A DNA stretch of 63,746 bases, counting the filler, from Licmophora abbreviata (Eukaryota), in the NCBI GenBank assembly GCA_900291995.1. It is 18 parts of 18 records of this genome, joined end to end, with 100 filler letters (N's around TTAATTAATTAA, not from the genome) between each part and the next. Parts side by side here need not be neighbours in the genome. Positions count along the whole stretch, not along the records: positions 61,891 to 63,746 come from OLMU01001637.1; 17 more parts are not named here. The stretch is one strand, 5' to 3'. Position 1 is the stretch's first letter; each line of letters opens with the position of its first letter. Shown here piece by piece: positions 62,044 through 63,746 of this stretch. The notes under the pieces are model-generated. The model was not told the origin of the DNA. It worked only from the letters and a program-made list of their open reading frames with translations, and made no database searches. The position numbers were made by a program, and so were the translations under genes.

Positions 62044-63746
62044 CTAATAACAACTGTAGCACAGCGGGGTAATCGGGTCGACACCCAAACCAGTATTCGG
62101 ATCGTCCTGCTCTGGACAGGCTGAATTTATAAACGTTGCGTTTGTATACCTGATGGGCACGTGGCTCCGCATCCTGGGTCCCCACTCGCAGAGATTCTGA
62201 TTGAACTTTCTGGCTTCGCGAAACACGTCTCTCATGTTGGTCACCTTCGAAACATTCCACACTGCAATTGGTTGATTGAACTCGTACGCCGATTGGAACA
62301 TATCTCTCAGGCTTCGCACCTGCCATGTGTTCCATTTCCCTATGGGCTGGTTAAACTTAACGGCGCTGTTGAACATATTTCGGAAGTAACCGCAGTTCGA
62401 GGTGTTCCAGTCTCCAATTGGCTGATTGAATGCCCTAGCGACCCAGAACATATTTCTCATATCGTATACCTTGGAGGTATCCCAGCCACCAATCGGTTGG
62501 TTGAATCTAGATGCTTGTTGGAACATTCCGATCATGTCATATACATTTGAGACATCCCAGTCTCCAATAGGACTGTTGAATTTGTTTGCGCCAAGAAACA
62601 TTCCATTCATATTGGTAACCTTCGACACGTCCCAGACGCCTATTGGTTGATTGAATGAAGTTGTCAGGTAAAACATTTTGTTCATGTTGGTAACTCCGGA
62701 GACATCCCAGCCTGAAATATCTTCATTGAAGCTTCGCATGTTGAACAGCAGATAGCTGAAGTCTGTAATTCGAAAGCACCACGTCTCAATCGGTCCATAC
62801 ACAGACTTTACGCCTTGGTCCTGATAGTTTCCTACTGCGAAGTCGAGGAATGCGCGGTCCTCGAAACATTGGTAGGGCCCAGAAATCGGTATCTGATCTG
62901 GTAGAGCTGGCGATGGTTTGGTGCTTGGGGATGACGACGGGCTGGCGGTTAGAATAATGGTCGGTGCCGTCGGACGAGGGGAAGGAGGGCTCGTTGGAGG
63001 AGGTGTCGGGGCTGGACTCGGCATTGGCGTTAGTTCCGGCGTAGGGGCTGGACTTGGCACTGACGTTGGTTCCGGCGATGGGGACGGCGTAGGGGCTGGA
63101 GTTGGTGCCGGCGTAGGGGCAGGATTCGGCAGGCGGGTTGGGGCCGGTGTAGGGGCTGGAGTTGGCGCTGGCGTTGGGAACGGTGAAGGGGCTGGGCTGG
63201 AGCTGGAGCTGGTGTAGGGGCAGGATTCGGCACGCGAGTTGGAGCCGGTGTAGGGGCTGGAGTTGGGGCTGTTGTAGGAACCGCAGTTGGTGCTGGAGTT
63301 TGTGCCGGTGTAGGAACCGCAGTTGGTGCTGGAGTTAGTGCCGGTGTAGGGGCCGGTGTAGGGGCCGGAGTTGGGGCTACAGTTGGTGCGGGTGTAGGGG
63401 CTGGTAACGGTAAAGGAGCGAAAGTCGGGGAAAGACTGACGGGTACCGGCTTCTTCGTCTGAACAACAGGAGCCAAGGTGGGCCCATCACACGCACCAGG
63501 GCAGTATCGTATGAAGCGAACCCCGATTGAGCTTGTAGCGGACACAGTAACGCTCCCCACATTGGTCTCGTCGGAAAAGGTTTCGTCTTGAACAGAATTG
63601 TTTCCGAGACCCATAATGGCCTGGACTGTCTTGTCGCCCCCCTTCAGAATCTCAAAGGAGTTTTTGTCCGACTCATGAACATCAATCAAGCCGATGCCCA
63701 GCAATCTCTCTGCTGGGCATGTGAAAGAGAAAGTGAAGCGTCCCCC
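62044..63746 (-). CDS. DUF285 (BspA-like) surface repeat protein with a PAPT stalk; 5' end outside the window; one frameshift near 63195 as assembled
   Basis: YGPIETWC, then ~7 units of 25 aa (FNQPIGxWDVSKVTNMxxMF), preceded by long PAPT repeats that continue across the frame change. Confidence 0.88.

Noticed and set aside
63000..63405. Regular 12-bp-unit repeats that could suggest a CRISPR-like or satellite array
   Set aside because: They encode the PAPT stalk of the DUF285 protein. There are no unique spacers and no cas genes.

Overview
Gene-dense eukaryotic nuclear DNA with short GT-AG introns, most likely from a diatom (inferred from the gene families, a bipartite plastid-targeting peptide, Cys-rich and LRR surface proteins, and DUF285 repeats). 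The window is a scaffold of 18 contigs joined by 17 artificial 100-nt spacers (44 N + TTAATTAATTAA + 44 N), so many track ORFs are broken by spacers or introns. About 30 genes can be read, including FEN1, RPB8, class II aldolase, mannose-6-phosphate isomerase, pyrimidine-nucleoside phosphorylase, a P-type ATPase, an RluA-family synthase, two J-domain proteins, a GW2/DA2-like RING ligase, an MBOAT acyltransferase, an S1 protease, three tandem metallophosphoesterases and an LRR family. The best candidate for a new system is an intron-containing ~1700-aa NRPS-like protein (35054-40269). It has the poly-amino-acid-synthetase (Pls/PosA) architecture, but its adenylation domain is of the acyl-CoA-ligase type. 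Other highlights are a 303-bp solo LTR with a perfect 5-bp target-site duplication that disrupts an LRR paralogue, a J-domain with HPW instead of HPD, a phosphoesterase paralogue that has lost its GNHD motif, an esterase with three bacterial-type Ig-like modules, and a probable ATP-synthase small subunit missed by the ORF track. All family assignments are from motif recognition by eye; no searches were run.
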